Of a stretch of DNA of 64,000 nucleotides, positions 61,990 to 64,000 are shown piece after piece. Origin of the DNA: Dudresnaya verticillata (taxonomy: Eukaryota). The translations under genes were made by a program, and so were the position numbers. Under the pieces are notes generated by a model. That model worked only from the letters and a program-made list of their open reading frames with translations. It made no database searches and was not told the DNA's origin. Location: positions 930,001 through 994,000 of the forward strand of contig OZ374560.1 in the NCBI GenBank assembly GCA_977862235.1. The letters are read 5' to 3'. How positions within the stretch are numbered: the first letter of the stretch is position 1; every line of letters starts with the position of its first letter.

Positions 61990-62665
61990 GCTAACTCAGG
62001 TGAGCCACGCCCGAGGACCAAAGCAGTGGAGTGCTTGACCGTCTCCGGAGGTGAGGCCGCAGTCTTACTTTGTGGGCGGAGAGTGTGCGGGAGCTAGTGC
62101 GACGCAGTTGAGGACTTGGATGACCGGGGGGAGGGTCTGGCGCGGACGCAGAGTGAAGTTGCATGCTTTCGTGTGTGTGTGGACTGCACGCCGTCGCTCC
62201 AGAACCACACCAGCGAGGCCCTGATTACATGATGGCTCTGGGCCATACAAAGCAAATCAGAGCGCCGGGATGACCAATCAGGGCCCTGGTGGTGGGAGAT
62301 AATCTGCCGCCGCGACTTCCGCCGCCGTGTGTTTCAAAAGGAGGGAGTGTCATTGGGCCGCCGCCCGATATTATATTTTGAAACGCGCTGGCCACGTGTA
62401 CAACGCGGCCGGCGCGACGGCGGCGCAACCTTTATCACAGCTGCGTGAGCTCGCCCAGCTACAGCCCGCCGAGAGACAGAGACGAAGAATAAGCATAACG
62501 TTGGACGTGGTCCGTTGTGCAATTGCCGCTAGGTCGTACGCCTGGGCTCCTTCGTCAGTAAAGTTTTATTTTCTCTACCCTCTCTTCTCTACTACTGTTG
62601 ACTACCGTGCGTGATTGTACACGTTTCGCAACAGTACGGCTCAGAACACGTTACACGACACTCGG

Positions 62666-63700
62666 GGCCACCGACGACAACCTACCGGGCCTCCTGTTTG
62701 CCGATGACTGTATTTTCCATGTTGGCAACCCGGCAAAGCTGCGCGCTGCGCTTAAAGTATGCCATGCATGGGCCGAACAGAATGGAATGCAATGGTCTGC
62801 CCCCAAGTGTGCCATCCTCCTCCCGAAACGACATCGCACACGCCCTAGCTCAACCACATTCCTCATTAATGGCCAACCAATCGACGTCACATGCTACGCA
62901 CGCTATCTTGGCATCCAGATCTCGCCGGAAAGGGCTTTCGAATAAGCGACCCTACAATTCATAGCTGCTGCGAAGCGCCAACTTGGAACACTTGTCTCAT
63001 TAGGCCACATCTCCTCCTAGATGCCCGCACACGCTGCTCATTATATCTACCATACATTTGTTCGCCCCGTCTACGAACACGGCTGTGCCATTACCCCATA
63101 TACCCCAGCTGTATACCGCGCCATTGACAGCTTGGATTCAACCTTCTCCCGCCTTCTAATCTCCCAGAGGTCGTCTAGAATGTCTGCCCAACGCTTGCGG
63201 AAGCTCAGAGCCCTCTTCCGCCTCGAACCTCCTCTCCTGCGCCAGAAGATCGTGCAACGGAGCTTCTGCACTGCGCTACAATGTCTCGTCGGCTTAGCAG
63301 CGCTTCCTGCCTCCTGGCATGCAAAAAGAACGCTTTCTGCTCTCCAGGCCACACCGTGTATTGCTTGCTGGGATGCATCGCAACAATCCCGAACGCGGCG
63401 AGAAATCCGCGACTTGCTGCTACAGGAATGGCGTCCGGCGGTATCTGGTCGACGTCCTGCCTCGGTGTACAACTCGCATCGATTACCGCCAGCCCTGGAG
63501 CTACTGTGCCAGACCACAGAGACAGGAAACTAGCAATCCGTTGCACCTGGGGACGTTCCCTAATCCGCTGCCCTTCCCAATTGCCCGTGAGAACGTTCGA
63601 CCCCTCACCCAATCTCTCCAAGCCCTGTCGCTCCCAGAACCACTCGCCGCTTATCTCTGCGCCATCTCCGACACAATCTCATCTATCTGGGACGCCTGCA
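62666..63700 (+). pseudogene. Non-LTR (LINE) reverse transcriptase, 3' part
   Basis: LLFADD, WAEQNGMQWSAPKC, RYLGI, YHTFVRPVYEHG; continues 54773-55263 across the Copia insertion; stop at ~62945. Confidence 0.9.
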
Positions 63701-64000
63701 GCCACGCGTTTCCCCCGTCTACTTTAAGAAATACTTCTCACTCACAATCCAGTCGGTCCCCACGTAACTGATCCCTTTCCGAAGGATAGCTCCACCCCCT
63801 TTACCGGTGATAGGATACTTTTAATGGATGTCATTAAGAATAACCTTAACAACTGTAGCTTACCGGTGTGCTTGCCCATGGACCATCGTCGCCCGCACAA
63901 GACCATCCTAAACAAACATTAAAAGCAAACATCACCATTACCGATTCCTAATCACCCAACTGTCTACCTCCCCATCACATGAACTGCATCGCACCCTATT

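Larger units (their letters stand above)
55264..62660 (+). mobile_element. Full-length young Ty1/Copia LTR retrotransposon (7.4 kb; possibly GalEa-related)
   Basis: 313-bp LTRs (55264-55576, 62348-62660) with no differences seen; TSD CTCGG (55259-55263, 62661-62665); PPT AAAAGAGGGAG; order PR-IN-RT-RH. Confidence 0.97.

Overview
Eukaryotic, transposon-saturated nuclear DNA, most likely from a red alga (inferred from an intronless gene with an 'AF'-type plastid transit peptide and from the retroelement mix). Only one intact host gene is recognisable: a TIGR01777/SDR39U1/GC1-family epimerase (52806-53960, minus). The rest is nested mobile DNA. A full-length Ty3/Gypsy element (27566-37538, TSD GAGTT) sits in a dead SEN1/UPF1-type helicase gene. 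A very young Ty1/Copia element (55264-62660, apparently identical LTRs, TSD CTCGG) sits in a LINE RT. There are also older Copia and Gypsy/chromovirus remnants, several solo LTRs, a decayed KDZ-type transposase, two tRNA-headed SINE-like elements and a rearranged ~4 kb segmental duplication. Three observations stand out. (1) A Copia family carries a Tudor domain between integrase and RT, a possible Copia counterpart of the chromovirus chromodomain. (2) The young Copia has a -1 frameshift signal with a predicted pseudoknot and an intact antisense ORF resembling a papain/Josephin-fold cysteine protease. (3) The Gypsy element has a 656-codon antisense ORF. All homology calls are from motif recognition by eye; no searches were run.
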